Positions 12,124-26,300 of a stretch of 64,000 nucleotides of DNA are shown here, piece after piece. The DNA is taken from positions 49,104,001 to 49,168,000 of the forward strand of contig NC_088859.1 in the NCBI RefSeq assembly GCF_963853765.1. Reading direction: 5' to 3'. Position numbers and translations under genes: made by a program. The notes beneath the pieces are model-generated. The model ran no database searches and had not been told where the DNA came from. It worked only from the letters and a program-made list of their open reading frames with translations. Each line of letters starts with the position of its first letter. Position 1 is the first letter of the stretch. The DNA comes from Magallana gigas. Its lineage: Eukaryota.

Positions 12124-12789
12124 ATGCCTTTTCCCGCAGCAAGGCAGTTGCCATATAAGGTCATGTCAAAATTCGACAAACTTGTAGACTTTACATTTGT
12201 CAATTTGTATCATGTTAGATGTGTTATTGCCGAGCCTGAAGTTACAAATGCAGAAACTACGGATTGAAAGTGTGCAAAGTTGAAGGTTTAATTAACTAAT
12301 GTAAACAATAAAGTTGCAAAATGTGCATCATGCGAAGGAACTGGGTCAATTCTTACACTTGTAGAATAGAATTACACATATTCATACTTAGGCTCACACA
12401 TCAATACGATTGCATATTCCGATTTACAATTAAGTTTACATGTCTGAATTTTTGAACACGATTACCCTCCATATATTGGAAACCCTTGGCCAGCGAACAT
12501 GACCAAAGTTATAAGAGGAAAATACTCGAGTACCGATCGAAATAGGGCAACTTGATAATCCCACCATGGAGAGGAGACATCATTGATCAACCAAATCAAT
12601 TAAAACAAAAGGTGCGTAATCCTTAACCCATCATAAAAAGACCCCAAAAACACCAATTCAATGATGCAATATCCAATATCAATGATGCACCGAAATTACT
12701 ATACATGGAGTCATCATACCCGTCATAACAAAGATACATTCTCGTTCTTAACAAACAAGAGAAGATACATTTTAACTTGATCATAAAAA

Positions 12790-13180
12790 AATACAATCAC
12801 TACCCCATCAAAACGAGAACGAATCCTCTAACAGATACGTACATCATATCCCCACCAAAATAAGGATACATTCCCCAGCCCATCAAAACATTAATTGATA
12901 CATTCCCTACCCCATCAAAACATTGATACAATCCCTACCCCATCAACACAATGATACATCCCCATATCCCATCAAAACAATTATAAATCCCTAACCTCAA
13001 CAAAACGGGATTAATACACTCCATATTTCACCAGAACAAGGATACAACTATTACATTGAAATAATTATACATTCCCTATATCCTATGAAAACAAAAGGGA
13101 CCACCCCTTAATTTGTGAGAACTGGATTACACCTGTATCCTATCAAATATCAAAATATGCATCCCCTACAAAATCAAAAC
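12790..13180 (+). repeat. Degenerate 5' portion of the 29-bp satellite
   Basis: Units such as AAAATAAGGATACATTCCCCAGCCCATCAAAAC match the main array consensus. Confidence 0.7.
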
Positions 13181-13186
13181 AACAAT

Positions 13187-14500
13187 TAAGTCTCCCAAAG
13201 TTTGGAGACTGATTGTTCTTGTACGGTTTCTTCTTTTTCTTCTTTCCCGCTCTGAACTTGTCCGTCATGTTTCTCAGAGATGGCTGAACAGAATTGTACA
13301 AAACTCTAGGATACGATAGGCCTGCATATCTAGATGTGCACGCTGGTTTGATTTTTTCTCATTTGGGGTTGGCCAACCATTTTTCTGGGGGTCAAAAGGT
13401 CGTGCGGTCTAACATTGAACCTTATGGGAAAAATCTTAGATTCTTTTGTAAATGGTAACTTGAAAACGGACAAAGATAATAATATAGTGTTTTCAGAATC
13501 ATATATTGACTGTTACAGGCAATATATAAGGTTTATTAGATCTTACCCCTGGGGTCATCCCCATCCCCAGGAATTGGAAATGACCATAGATCTCAGAAAC
13601 TGTTAGAATCCTGACCCCTAAATCATATATATTCTTGTTCCATGTGTTAAGGGTCAACAAATGGTATGTAGGTCATGGGTACCCGGGGTGGTCCTGACCC
13701 CCCCCCCCCCTCAAACAGGAAGTGCCCAAATAACTTAAAATGGTTAAGATCCCCACCCCTAAACCATATATATTCTTGTTCCTTGTGTCAAGGGGCATTA
13801 AATTACTATATAGTATATGTAGGTCATGGGCCAAGGGTTGGTTCTGACCCCTCTCAAACAGGAAGTGCCCGAATATCTTGAAAACGGTTAAGAACCCCAT
13901 CCCTTAACCATATATAATCTTGTTCCATGTGTTAAGGGGCATCAAATGGTATGTAGGTCATGGGCCCTGGGAGTGGTCCTGACCCCCTCAAACAGAGAGT
14001 GTCCGGATATCTTAAAAACGGTCGAGATCCCCACCCCTAAACCATATATATTCTTATTGCTTGTGTTATGGGGAATCACATGGTATGTAGGTCATGGGTC
14101 CCCAGGTGTGGTCCAGACCCCCTTAAAACAGGAAGTGCCCAAATAACTTGAAAATGGTTAAGATCCCCACCCCTAAACCATATATATTCTTTATCTTTGT
14201 GTCAAGGGGCATCAAATGGTATGTAGTTCATGGGCCCCGTGGATGGTCCTGACCCCTCTCAAACAGAAAGTGCCCGAATATCTTGAAAACGGTTAAGAAC
14301 CCCACCCGTAAACCATATATATTCTTGTTCCTTGGGTCATGTTGGTTCACCTGATGTATAGTAAAGGACCCCTGGGAAACATCATGAAACTTCAGAAATA
14401 AAAATAATCAAGTTCTAAATCTTTTTGTCTGTAAAGTTTGACCCGTGTGGGTCACCCCTACTCCCAATGATGGCCTCGTTCGTTTGGGAGACTTTATAAT
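13187..14500 (-). mobile_element. Helentron-associated HINE with about 5.5 internal ~135-bp tandem repeats
   Basis: Termini AAGTCTCCCAAAGTTTGGAGACT (hairpin) and TTTGGGAGACTT. Repeat unit starts AAACAGGAAGTGCC at 13713, 13856, 13990, 14126 and 14261. Confidence 0.75.
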
Positions 14501-14744
14501 CGCCCAAATTATAATTAAATCTTATTAAACTGTATGATAGGTTACTTTTGCCCCATGTTATTTTCGCATTTCTCCGCAAGCGATTTCGTCCCGTTTTGAA
14601 TTCGCCCAGTCAAAGTTGTGTTTTAAGAAAGATAACTTTAGCCATTGGAATTTGTACAGTCTGAAATTCGCGCATTGACAATGATGGGGAAAGAGTAAAA
14701 AAATTAAAATGGGGTGAATATTTCACTGTTTACATTATCTTATT

Positions 14745-17700
14745 CTAAATCTAACCCCATCAAAACAAGGATACATTCCAAAACCCTATCAAATCAATTA
14801 GGATACATTACCAAGCCCCATCAACAAGGATACATTCCAAAACCCTATCAAAGCAAGGATACGTTCTTAACCTCATCAAAATAAGGGTACATTGCCAAGC
14901 CTTATCGAAAAGAGGATTCGATCATTCTCAAATCCAATCAAAACAAAGATACATTACCACCCCAATCAAAACAAGGATATATCCCCAAACCCTATCAAAG
15001 CAAGGATACATTCCAAACCCCATCAAAATAAAGGTACATTGCCAAACCTTATCGAAAAGAGAATTCATTCTCAAATCCAATCAAAATAAGGATACATTCC
15101 CAAACCGCATCAAAAGACGGATACATTCCCAAACCCCATCAAACAAGGATACATTCACAAACCCTATAAAAGCAAGGATACATTCCAAAAACCTGATCAG
15201 AATACTTAGTAAGGGTACATTGCCAAACCTTATCAAAAAGAGAATTCATTCTCAAATCCCATCAAAACAAGGATACATTCCCAAACCGCATCAAAAGAAG
15301 GATACATTCCCAAACCCCATCAAAAAAATGAAACATTTCCATTCAGATCAAAACAAGGATACATTCCAAGATCCTACAAAACAAGAATACATTCCCAAAC
15401 TCCATCAAAACAAGGATACATTTCAACACCCTATCAGAACAAGGATACATTCACAACCTTTATCAAAACAAGGGTACATTCCCTAACCTCATCAAACAAG
15501 GATGCATTCCCTAACCCTATCAAAACAAGGATACATTCCCAAACCCCATTAAAACAAAAATAAATTTCCAAACCCGATCAAAACAAGGATTCATTTCAAA
15601 ACCCTATCAGAACAAGGATACATTTCAAAACCCTATCAGAACAAGGATACATTTCAAAACCCCTTAAAATAAGGATACATTTCAAAATCCCATTAACACA
15701 ATGATACATTTCAAAACCCTATCAAAACAAGGATACGTACATTCCTAAACCCTGTCAAAACAATTATGATACCTTCCTAAACTCCCATTAAAATAAGGAT
15801 ACATTCAAAAACCCTATGAAAACAAGCTAGGATTCACAAACCCAACCACAACAAGGAAATATACATTCCTAAACCCTATCAAAACAAGGATACATTCAAA
15901 ACCCTATAAAAAATATAAGGATGCATTCCAAACTCTATCAAAATAATTAGGATACCTTACCAAACCCCATCAAAACAAGGAAACATTCTTAAACCCCATT
16001 AAAACAAGGATACATTCCCAATTCCCATCAAAACAAGGATATATTTCAAAACCCCATCAAAATAAGGATACATTTCAAAACCCCTTACAAACCAATATAT
16101 ATCTTTGAATTCCATAAATATAAGGATACTTTACAAAACCCAATCAAATCAAACTAATTAGGATACATTTCCAACCCCTATCAAAACAATTCTGATACCT
16201 TCCTAAACCCTCATTAAAATAAGGATACATTTAAAAAACCCATCAAAACAAGGATACATTCAAAACCCTATCAAAATAATTAGGATACCTTACCAAACTC
16301 TATCAAAACAAGAATACATTCCCAAACCCCATCGAAACAAGGATACATTCCCAATTCCCATCAAAACAAGGATACATTTCAAAGCCCCTAACAAACCAAT
16401 ATATATCTTTGAATCCAATGAATATAAAAATAAAACAAATCAAACTTCCAACCCCTATCAAAACAATTATGATACCTTCCTAAACCCACATCAAAACAAG
16501 GATACATTCCCAACCCCCATCAAAACAAGGGTATATTCCCCAACCCCATCAAAACAAGGATACATTCCCCAACCCCATCAAAACAAGGATACATTCCCCA
16601 ACCCCATCAAAACAACGATACATTTCAAAACCCCATCAAAACAAGGATACATTTCATAACCCTGTTTAAACCAGGATATATCTTTGAATCCCATGAATAT
16701 AAGGATACTTAACAAAACCCAATCAAATCAAACTAATAAATTAGGATACATTACAAAACCCAATCAAAACAATTATGATACCTTCCTAAACCCACATTAA
16801 AATAAGGATACATTCCTAAACCCCATCAAAACAAGGATACATTCAAAACCCTATCAAAATAATAAGCATACATTCTAAACCCAATCAAAATAATGAGGAT
16901 ACATTACCAAACTGTCAAAACAAGAATACATTCCCAAACCCCATCAACACAAGGGTACATTCCCAAACCCCATCAAAACAAGGGTACATTCCGAAATCCC
17001 ATCAACATAAGGATACATTTCAAAACCCCTTATCAACCAGGATATATATATTTCAAAACCCCATTAAAACAATTACGTTACATTCCTAAACCCCATAAAA
17101 ACAAGGATACATTTCAGAACCCCATCAAAACAAGCTAGGATACAATTTAAACCTCTTTCCGCTTCAGGGTGCATTCCCAAACCCAATCAAAACAATGACA
17201 CATTTCAAATCCCATCAAAACAAGGATACATCCCCAAACCCGATCAAAACAAGGATACATTTTCTAAATCCATCAGAACAAGGATACATTCTCAATCAAA
17301 TCAAAACAAGGATACATTCCCAAACCCCATCAAAACAAGAAATTATTCCCAAACCCCATCAAAACAAGGATACATTCCCAAACCCCATCAAAACAAGAAC
17401 ACATTCCCAAACTCTATCAAAACAAGAATACAATTTCTAACCCCATCAAAACAAGGATACATTTCCAAACTCCATCAAAACAAGGATACATTCCCTAACC
17501 CCATTAAATCAAGAATAGATTTCCAAACCCCATCAAAACAAGGATACATTCCCTCACACCATCAAAATAAGAATACTTTTTCAAACTCTATCAAACCAAG
17601 AATACATTCTCAAACCCTACTTTCCAAAACCCAATCAAATCAAATTAATTAGGATACATTTCCAAACCCCATCAAAACAAAGATACATTCCAAACCCCAT

Positions 17701-19365
17701 CAAAACAAACACAAGGATACATTTAAAAAATCCATTAAAACAAGGATACTTTTCAAAACCCTATCAAAACATGGATACGTACATTCCTAAACCCTATCAA
17801 AACAAATATGATACATGTACTTTCCTTAAACCCCATTAAAATATGGAAACATTTCAAAAACCTCTCAAAACAAGGAAACATTCAAAACCCTATTAACACA
17901 AGGATACATTCCAACCCTTTTAAAATAATTTGGATAGATTCACAAACCTCATCAAATTAAGAATAAATTCCTAAACCCTTTCAAAATGAGTTCTTTCCAA
18001 AACCCAATAAAATCAAAATAATAAGGATACATTCCCAAACTATATCATAACAATGATACATTCCCAAACCCCATCAAAAGAAGGGTACATTCCAAAACCT
18101 CATCAAAACAAGGATAAATTCCCAAACCCAATCAAAATAGGGATACATTTCAAAACCCCCTAAAAACCAGGAAATATATATTTCAAAACCCAATCAAAAT
18201 AATTATGTTACATTCCCAAACCCCATCAAAACGAGCATACATTTTAAACCTCTATCAAATTAAAAGAGGATAAATCCCCAAACCCTATCAAATCAATATG
18301 AATATTTTCCAAACCCGATCAAAACAAAATGGATATATTTCCAGACATTCCAAATCCCATCATAACAAGGATACATTCCCAAACCCCATCAAAACAAGGA
18401 TACATTAAAAAAAAAGGATACATTTCCAAACTCCATCAAAACAAGGATACATTCCCAAACCCCATCAAAACAACTATACATTAAAACAAGGATACATTCC
18501 CAAACCCCATCAAAACAACGATACATATCCAAACCTCATTAAAACAAGGATACATTCCCAAATCCCATCTAAACCAGGATACATTCCCAAACCCCATCAA
18601 AACAAGGATACATTCCCAAATCCCATCTAAACCAGGATACATTCCCAAACCCCATCAAAACAAGGATACATTCCCAAATCCCATCTAAACCAGGATACAT
18701 TCCCAAACCCCATCAAAACAAGGATACATATCCAAACCCCATCAAAACAAGGATACATTCCTAAACTCTATCAAAACAATTATGATACATTCCCAAATTC
18801 TATTAAAACGAGGAAACATTCCCAAACCCAATCAAAACAAGGATACATTCCCTAACCCCATTTAAAAGAGAATACATTCCCAAACCCCATCAAAAAAAGG
18901 AATATTCCCAAAGACCATCTATACCAGAATACTTTTCAAACTCCATCAAAACAAGGATACATTTCTAAACTTTATCAAAATTATGATACATTCCCAAATT
19001 CTATTTAAACAAGGATACATTCCAAACCCCATCAAAATAAGGAACATTCCCAAATCCCATCAAAACAAGAATACTTTTCAAACCCCATCAAAACAAGGAT
19101 ACATTCCTAAACCCCATCAAAACAAGGATACATTCCCAAATCCTATCAAAACAATTAAGATACTTTCCCAAACCCCTTAAAAACAAGGATATGTACATTC
19201 CTGAACCTCATCAAAATAAGGCCTTTCAAAAGGAGTTCTTTCTAAAACCCACTAAAATTAATAAATAATTTAGATACAGTCCCAAACTATATCATAACAA
19301 GGATACATTCCCAAATCCCATCAAAAGAAGGGTACATTCCCAAACCCAATCAAAAACTCTGTTTA
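14745..19365 (+). repeat. ~4.6-kb degenerate satellite, 29-bp consensus AAACCCCATCAAAACAAGGATACATTCCC
   Basis: Period of 29 is directly visible (e.g. 16490-16660). About 150 units with local higher-order block duplications. Confidence 0.95.
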
Positions 19366-20365
19366 TGTGAATTATGAACCAGATAGAGCTAAGGGAAAAG
19401 TAATTTTGCTCTGAATTTTTTAGCAGTCTGATATGACCTTGACTTGACCTTGACACATCATTTACATGATTTCCTTAATGTTAAATAATTACAGATAATT
19501 ATTTTCTGAGACGCAAACAGTCATAGATAAATAGATCATGTACCGTTACATATACCAGTAGCTCAGGTAATATTAGACATCGGTTTACATTTTAATTAGC
19601 TTATCAATGGATTATTAAATAAATTACGAGGCTTACATACCTGCTATCTGCAGCTTGTCCTCCAATCTCGCAATTTCTACCTCTAAACTTACTGAACTCA
19701 GTTCATTGTACTTTTACATTCTTGTTTACCGGTACTTCATAAGGAAAGAGAGAACTAAATTATAAGAACAAAACATTGTATCAAATTTACGCTGATATAT
19801 TTTCCGCGATTTGGAAATCATCACAAACAAAGTGGAAATTGGATGGATGCGTGATATACAGTATGAGCCAAATTGGACCAAGGGATGAGAATGTATGGTC
19901 CAGACAAGGATTTTTCAGATAATTCTAGAAATTTGGTCCAAGGTCACTGAATTGTTGCGGTAATTCATTATCAGTAGTTGGTTACTGCATATCTTGTTAT
20001 GCTTCTACATGTGTCATTAAGTCACTCATACTTATGAAATATCTGTGTCCTATTCCACATTAATTCTACAAACTCACTATAGTTCTTCCCAATAACAAGA
20101 GTAACATTTATTTCGAAGTAATGTAAAACAAAGTTTATTTCATACATTAAGTACAACCAATTAATAAAAACAAGTGTTGGACCATTTTAAAAATGGAAAT
20201 GCCTAGTACACTGTATAACAGAAAAGAATCCCAGCCTGATTTGGAACTCTGTCTAACAACAATTAAAGGTCATGGCTAAAACACATCAACAAGAACATGT
20301 CAAGGTCACAGATACAAGTACAGTTGTATTATGCGATGTCCCATGGTCCACTTTTACCTCCCTTC

Positions 20366-23300
20366 TTACAATACTTCTTTCTGCAAGGCCTCTTGGTGAC
20401 TTTTACTGAACAACTTCTCCATTATAATGTCCAAAAAAGTGTAAATAAAATGTCTGAAATAAATTGGAAATCACAATTCTTTATTCCAATAACCACCGTT
20501 ATATCAAAATCTTTATGAATAAGAAACTTAGCCTTTTTAAAGAAATCACAAATCATCACATACTGAGATACATACAGGAGGTAATATTCATCAATAAAGG
20601 ACCATAGATACTGTAGATTCCTTATTTTACGCGAGTACTTAATTCCGTGATTCAACGGTTTTCCATCAAATCCCGAGAACATAAAATCGCAATTGCTGAA
20701 ATTTTATCATAGTTTCATGTAATTTACATATGTCTGAAAATTAAAAGCAAGATTTTAAAATTTGTGAGACAGGCTTCTCGCGATTTTACGCGGATATTAA
20801 TTCCTCACATTCAATTAGGAATTTACAGTACATGAATGATATGTATTTACTTTGTTTATCCCAAAGGGAAGTACACATAAATTTGATTGTAGAAACCTGC
20901 CACTTTTTTAAGGAAAATACTGGTAACAAAATTAAATTTTGTTCATGTGACAATGAACTGATTATTTCTAATTGAAAAGTGAATGAAATGGAATATTATT
21001 GGAAAACAACTAAACAGTTAACTTACATTACTTGAAAGTATACTAGCTAATAGATATATAGTAATATACATGTACATTGTATAGAAATGTGACTTGTTCC
21101 TCATAGTGCAGTACATGTGTATTCTTACTTGTTCAGCTTCTTATACTGAATGGAGTCTATAATTTCTTCTATTCCACTTTGGTAGTCTTCCTTGTCCAAG
21201 AGCTGAACCAAAACATCTACAATACATGTATATAATCAACATCACATTGAACATTGTGTCTCAGATAATTAAAGCATTTCTAAAATCTTTGAGCATTTCT
21301 TCAAATTGTTGCATGTCCGTATCATATTGGTTTATTTAGCCATGATTCATTGACAGTATAACAAGTTCATAAGGTGACTAAAAACATGGAAGAACGGGAG
21401 GATAAACATGCCTGGAAAAAATTCTGCCAGCACTCTTGTTGCTTGCTGTTTTGTTACCAATTTCTGCTTTTCTGATTTTACTTCACGACTGGAGGAATCA
21501 AATTTTCCATTTGGCCAAATCGCTTCTCGAAACAAATGAAGATACATTGCACATCGGTGGGGGGTTGTAAGGTCACTTATCTTCCATCGCAGCCACCTGA
21601 AACAAGGTTACTTAGTTTTAGTGACCACATTACTACCCAGTATAATGATTAATGTTCCAATGAGGTGTATAATACAATTTTGCCTATAATGAAGCGCTTT
21701 TGCAAACAGCAGACATTTTCAATATAATACAATATTTAATAGATAAAATAATCTTTAGGTTTTGTTGGGGATATATAGGAAAATAGCTAGTATGCAATAA
21801 AATGTGGGTATTTGACTATTCGAACCACTTTAAACTAAAACATTTAGATTAGAATATTATTAATATTATTAAAAAGACATCCTATGAAAAAGTTACATGC
21901 ATGGCCTAGTGGTTACATGTAGCTCTTTTTGATTTTGCAGTCACTGAATCAATTCCATCAAGCAGTAAATATTTTTTTCTTTTCTTTGAAAGCATGATAA
22001 GAATAGAGAGTTTAAATTAGATACATGTGTATATCTAATCTGCTGTATTTTAATTTCACCTTCTTGTTTAATTCTGAGTATGAGCATACCCAATATAAAC
22101 AGATCTCTTCAGTAACAGGATACTCCATTTACAGTCACGTTCACTGCATTTTGCTGGAAGTTATCACGGTTCAGAATATTAACTTACTTTATTGAAAGCA
22201 TACTGTGTATCTATTTCTTGATTCAGGTTTTTGAATTTATGACAAATTATTGGTTACAGACACATTTTAAAATCGCTACTTAGCTTTCGAAAATAATCTT
22301 GCAACAAGTGCCCATATCTTCTTTAAGTAACAGGTACTTTCCGTTTAAACATGGGTGTAGGTGAAATAATGGGAAAAGGCGCAATACCTCTTATAAATAC
22401 TAAAACAAAGACCATAGGCGATAGGGCCCTTGAGGTCACCTGAGTACGATACAGCCCTGTGAATTAAGGCTCAGTAAAATTTTGTGAAAGCAAATCATTT
22501 ACCCTGTAAAAGCAACCACAAAATAACAGATTGGGGAAGATGAGTTGCTCAGTAGGAAGATTCATAGGGTTACTGTGGATTAAGATCATCAACAAAATAA
22601 CCAGGACTGGTAATAAGAACCATTCCCTTCCATTCTGTATTGATTTCTTCATTATTGAAAGGGGTGGTATATTTCACATTTTTACCAATGTAATGTTGTG
22701 CAGTGCTACAATCAAAGATTTGATTTCAAAAGTAAACACTTGAATGCAAATGCTTTTTCACTAAGTGACTAAGAGAGCCCCCAACATCATAGGCCTTGAC
22801 CCTCTGGGGCCACAAATTTCACAACAATGGTAAAGACCTCCTACTTATGAATTCCTATCTATTCACCTACATGACCAGGAGAAGAGAAAAGATTTATAAA
22901 TATATAATGCATTTTTACTATCTGATAAAAAGACCTCCATCCTAATACCAGGAGCTCTAATTGAGGTACAATATTTTGCAATTTTAGTAAGGATAATACA
23001 TATATCATTCAATTTACACTAACCATAAGAGTGATAGATATATTTGGCAAGGTAGTTTATGAGAAAAAAATTTAAAAAGTTTTGGAGATTACTATCAACA
23101 GACAACCACAGTTAGAAATAAGTCACTTAAGTTACTCAGATTATTCCATACCTGTTGACTGCTGTACCAAACATGTGCTTGGCAAGGGAGATAACTCTTT
23201 CCCGACAGAGCCAACAGTTTCTGCCTTGCAGTGCTTGCACAGCTATGTCGATTGCAATCTCCGTCAGAGCAGTGTCGTGAAGCTCATCAGTAGCCTCTGA

Positions 23301-26300
23301 AGTTCAACAAATATTTTCAAGTGAAATTAATCCACAATGGTATCCCATATATTAGAAATTGGTATTCATTAGAAACTAGTAAATTTCCTTCAATATATTG
23401 TGGCAATCTTGGATCATTTAGGGAAATTGCTTATACATGATGCATTTCTAATAAAAATCTTACATTCACAAATGTTTGAACAAAACTATAACACACTCTA
23501 TAGAAATTGCAGGTAATCACAATCAAAGCATTTGAATTTTTAAGAATGTAAGGTTCTTATTTTGTATGAAAAATACCAGTCTTTTCAAAATATTACCATA
23601 ATTGTTGCATGGTAACCTACCATCTGCATTTTGTGAGATATTCCCTGAGGCTTCATTGTCTTCAGACACTTTAGAACAACCAGCTACTTGTACATAATTT
23701 GTAAACAGTCTTTCTAAGACAAGCACCTATTAAAACAAATTATTTAAACAAAAAAGCACCATATATGCAGTATATAAAACATACATGTATATTCTGCTGT
23801 ATGTATCAAATGACTGCCAGCACTAATTATGATATCTAAACTTACATCTCCTTTAATGGTACCAAACTCTAGCAGGATTTGATCTTCATCGACCATGCTG
23901 CTTTGGATATCTTTGGTTTGGACTCTCCTGGGAAGACTTGGCAGTAATTCTGTCATATTTGTAGAGAATTCTCCAATCTTGTCAAATACACTGGAAACAC
24001 TTCTAATCATCTGAAAATACAGGTATATGTGTGTAAGTCAGGAAATAATCAAACTCTTCTTCGCAACAATTTTACATTTCCAAATACAGAAATGTTGATT
24101 TTACATGCATCTACTAAATTTACTGAACACCATATAGAGACATAAAGCTTGCTTTTGTACACATTCTGTAAAACTGTCAATGTGGATAATATTTTCCCCA
24201 TGCAAACACTTCAACACTTAGTGTTCGATCAAACAGTAAAAGATGACTTTGATGTCAAGCTGTTTACCTTTGTGAAAGGTTGTATGCTATCTGGAACCTT
24301 CCTGACAAATGCTATGTGGGCATTTCCATCATATGCCAAGAACTCCTTTATTTCTGGACTGCTGCAGACATCATCTTTCTCCAGGAGAGACTAAGAAACA
24401 AGAGCATCAGGATCAAACACAGGTCAGAAAAAATAACACTTGATAACACTGAGCCATGTTTACACTATAAATAATTGTTTTGTTCAGTCATTTCTTGTGG
24501 TAAAATTATAAACCATTATCATCTATAACTAATTTTTTAATCTTTCCTACAACACACATATAATTCAGTTTTGATGGCTGGGTTATACATGTACCAGTAT
24601 ACATTTTTTGCTTACTTTCATGAAATTTTCCAATGTATTCTTGCGCTTTTCAATACTGTTCTTATCCATATTTCCAAATGGTAAGGAAAGCCACTTAGTA
24701 AGTCCTTTTACATCTAGAAATAAACATATGTAAGTAAGAACTTTTGATACAGTAAGTTACTTGGAACTATAAAGTAATCTTTTTGTAGCATGCCTATTAT
24801 TGATAAACAGTTAGTTTATATCCCATAACATGGATATGTTAAATATTACATGTAATATGTATACATGATTGTGTTATTATATATGAATTTGATAAGTTTG
24901 AATCCCCCCCTCTCCTCCAGATCCACACAATTATTGTTATGTCACACCACTTATAAATAGGCACTGTCACACAGGTGTATAAACCTTCAGTTTCATTACA
25001 CCCAATTGCACACCTGAAATGTATGGCCAACATGTAGTACATTGTATTCCTTTCATGGTACAATCAGATTTTGTGCACTGATGCTTATTCTATGTGCATT
25101 TTCTGTTTGTAATTTTCATTAACCTGTATATTTGATGCCAGTATTCTCCTGGCTTGGAAAATGTGCCTAAAAAAATGGGATAATTTCATCTCCACCAAGT
25201 TACATAGCGATGTAAGATCTACATCCACAAATGAGACCTCTACAGCAAAATACTTAGAACTGTTAAGAGGTCTGCAGCTTATATATATTTATATATATCA
25301 ATCGCAGGTACCCGTATTCTCCAATCAAAGAGAAATATGTTGGACAATGCCTTTTACAAATAGTGGTAAGCTTTAAGAACTGACCTTTCAAGCTCTTTTT
25401 GTACTCAGGATTATCTTCTAATCTGTTTTGTAGGTTAATGAATTCTCTGAACCGCCGCTTCACCACATTGGTTCTGACTCTGGGGGTCCCTTGGTCCTCG
25501 TACACTGCGTCATACTGAAAGAAAAATATTACCGTCTACTTGCTAGATCTCAAGTCAAAATATTTACTGAGAGATATCTGGCTTCCCAAAAAAAAAAAAT
25601 TGAAAAAATTGATCAACATGTTTAGGTTCACCAGTTCCATAGTATATGATACAATTTGGTTCAATTCTAAGAATGAAATTCAACTATCCTTGGCATATAC
25701 ATGTAACATAAGATCGATTTTAAACATACATGTATGTTATGCAATGTTTGTCTTCAGCTTTTGGACTATTAATTTGTGACTGTTTTATATTTTACATTGG
25801 AGTATCTTGGGAGTTATTTTTTAAAACAGTCTGCAGAATGCAAATGATGAACTGGCTTTTGTGGATTCTACATTTTTGTGTTGTACGAAAGCCCATTGAG
25901 GTCATTTTCGTAGGTAAAATTTTTTTTTTTTTTCCGTGAATAAACGCAAAACTTTCGCGATATAACGCGTTAGTTTCGTAAAAAAAAACCGCGAAACTTT
26001 CGCAATATAACGCATAACTTTCGCGAATAAATGCGAAACTTTCGCGATATGACGCGTTAGTTTCGCAAATAAACGCGTAACTTTCGCAAATAAACACGAA
26101 ACTTTCGCGATATAACGCGTAACTTTCACAGATAAACACGAAACTTTCGCGATATAACGCGTAACTTTCGCGATATAACGCCTAACTTTCGTGAATAAAC
26201 GCGAAACTTTTGCGATATAACGCGTAAGTTTCGCGAATAAACACGAAACTTTTGCGGTTTAACGCGAAACTTTCGCGATTAAACGTGAAACTTTCATGAT

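Noticed and set aside
14892-19180. Short ORFs in the 29-bp satellite, plus those at 25792-26139, 28122-28503, 45506-45947 and 13673-14146
   Set aside because: These are translations of tandem repeats lacking stops by composition, with no splice or domain support.
22464-22743. ORFs inside the SNX19 intron as an extra exon
   Set aside because: No good splice sites in a compatible phase. Exons 23152 and 21596 already join in frame (VNR-WLRW).
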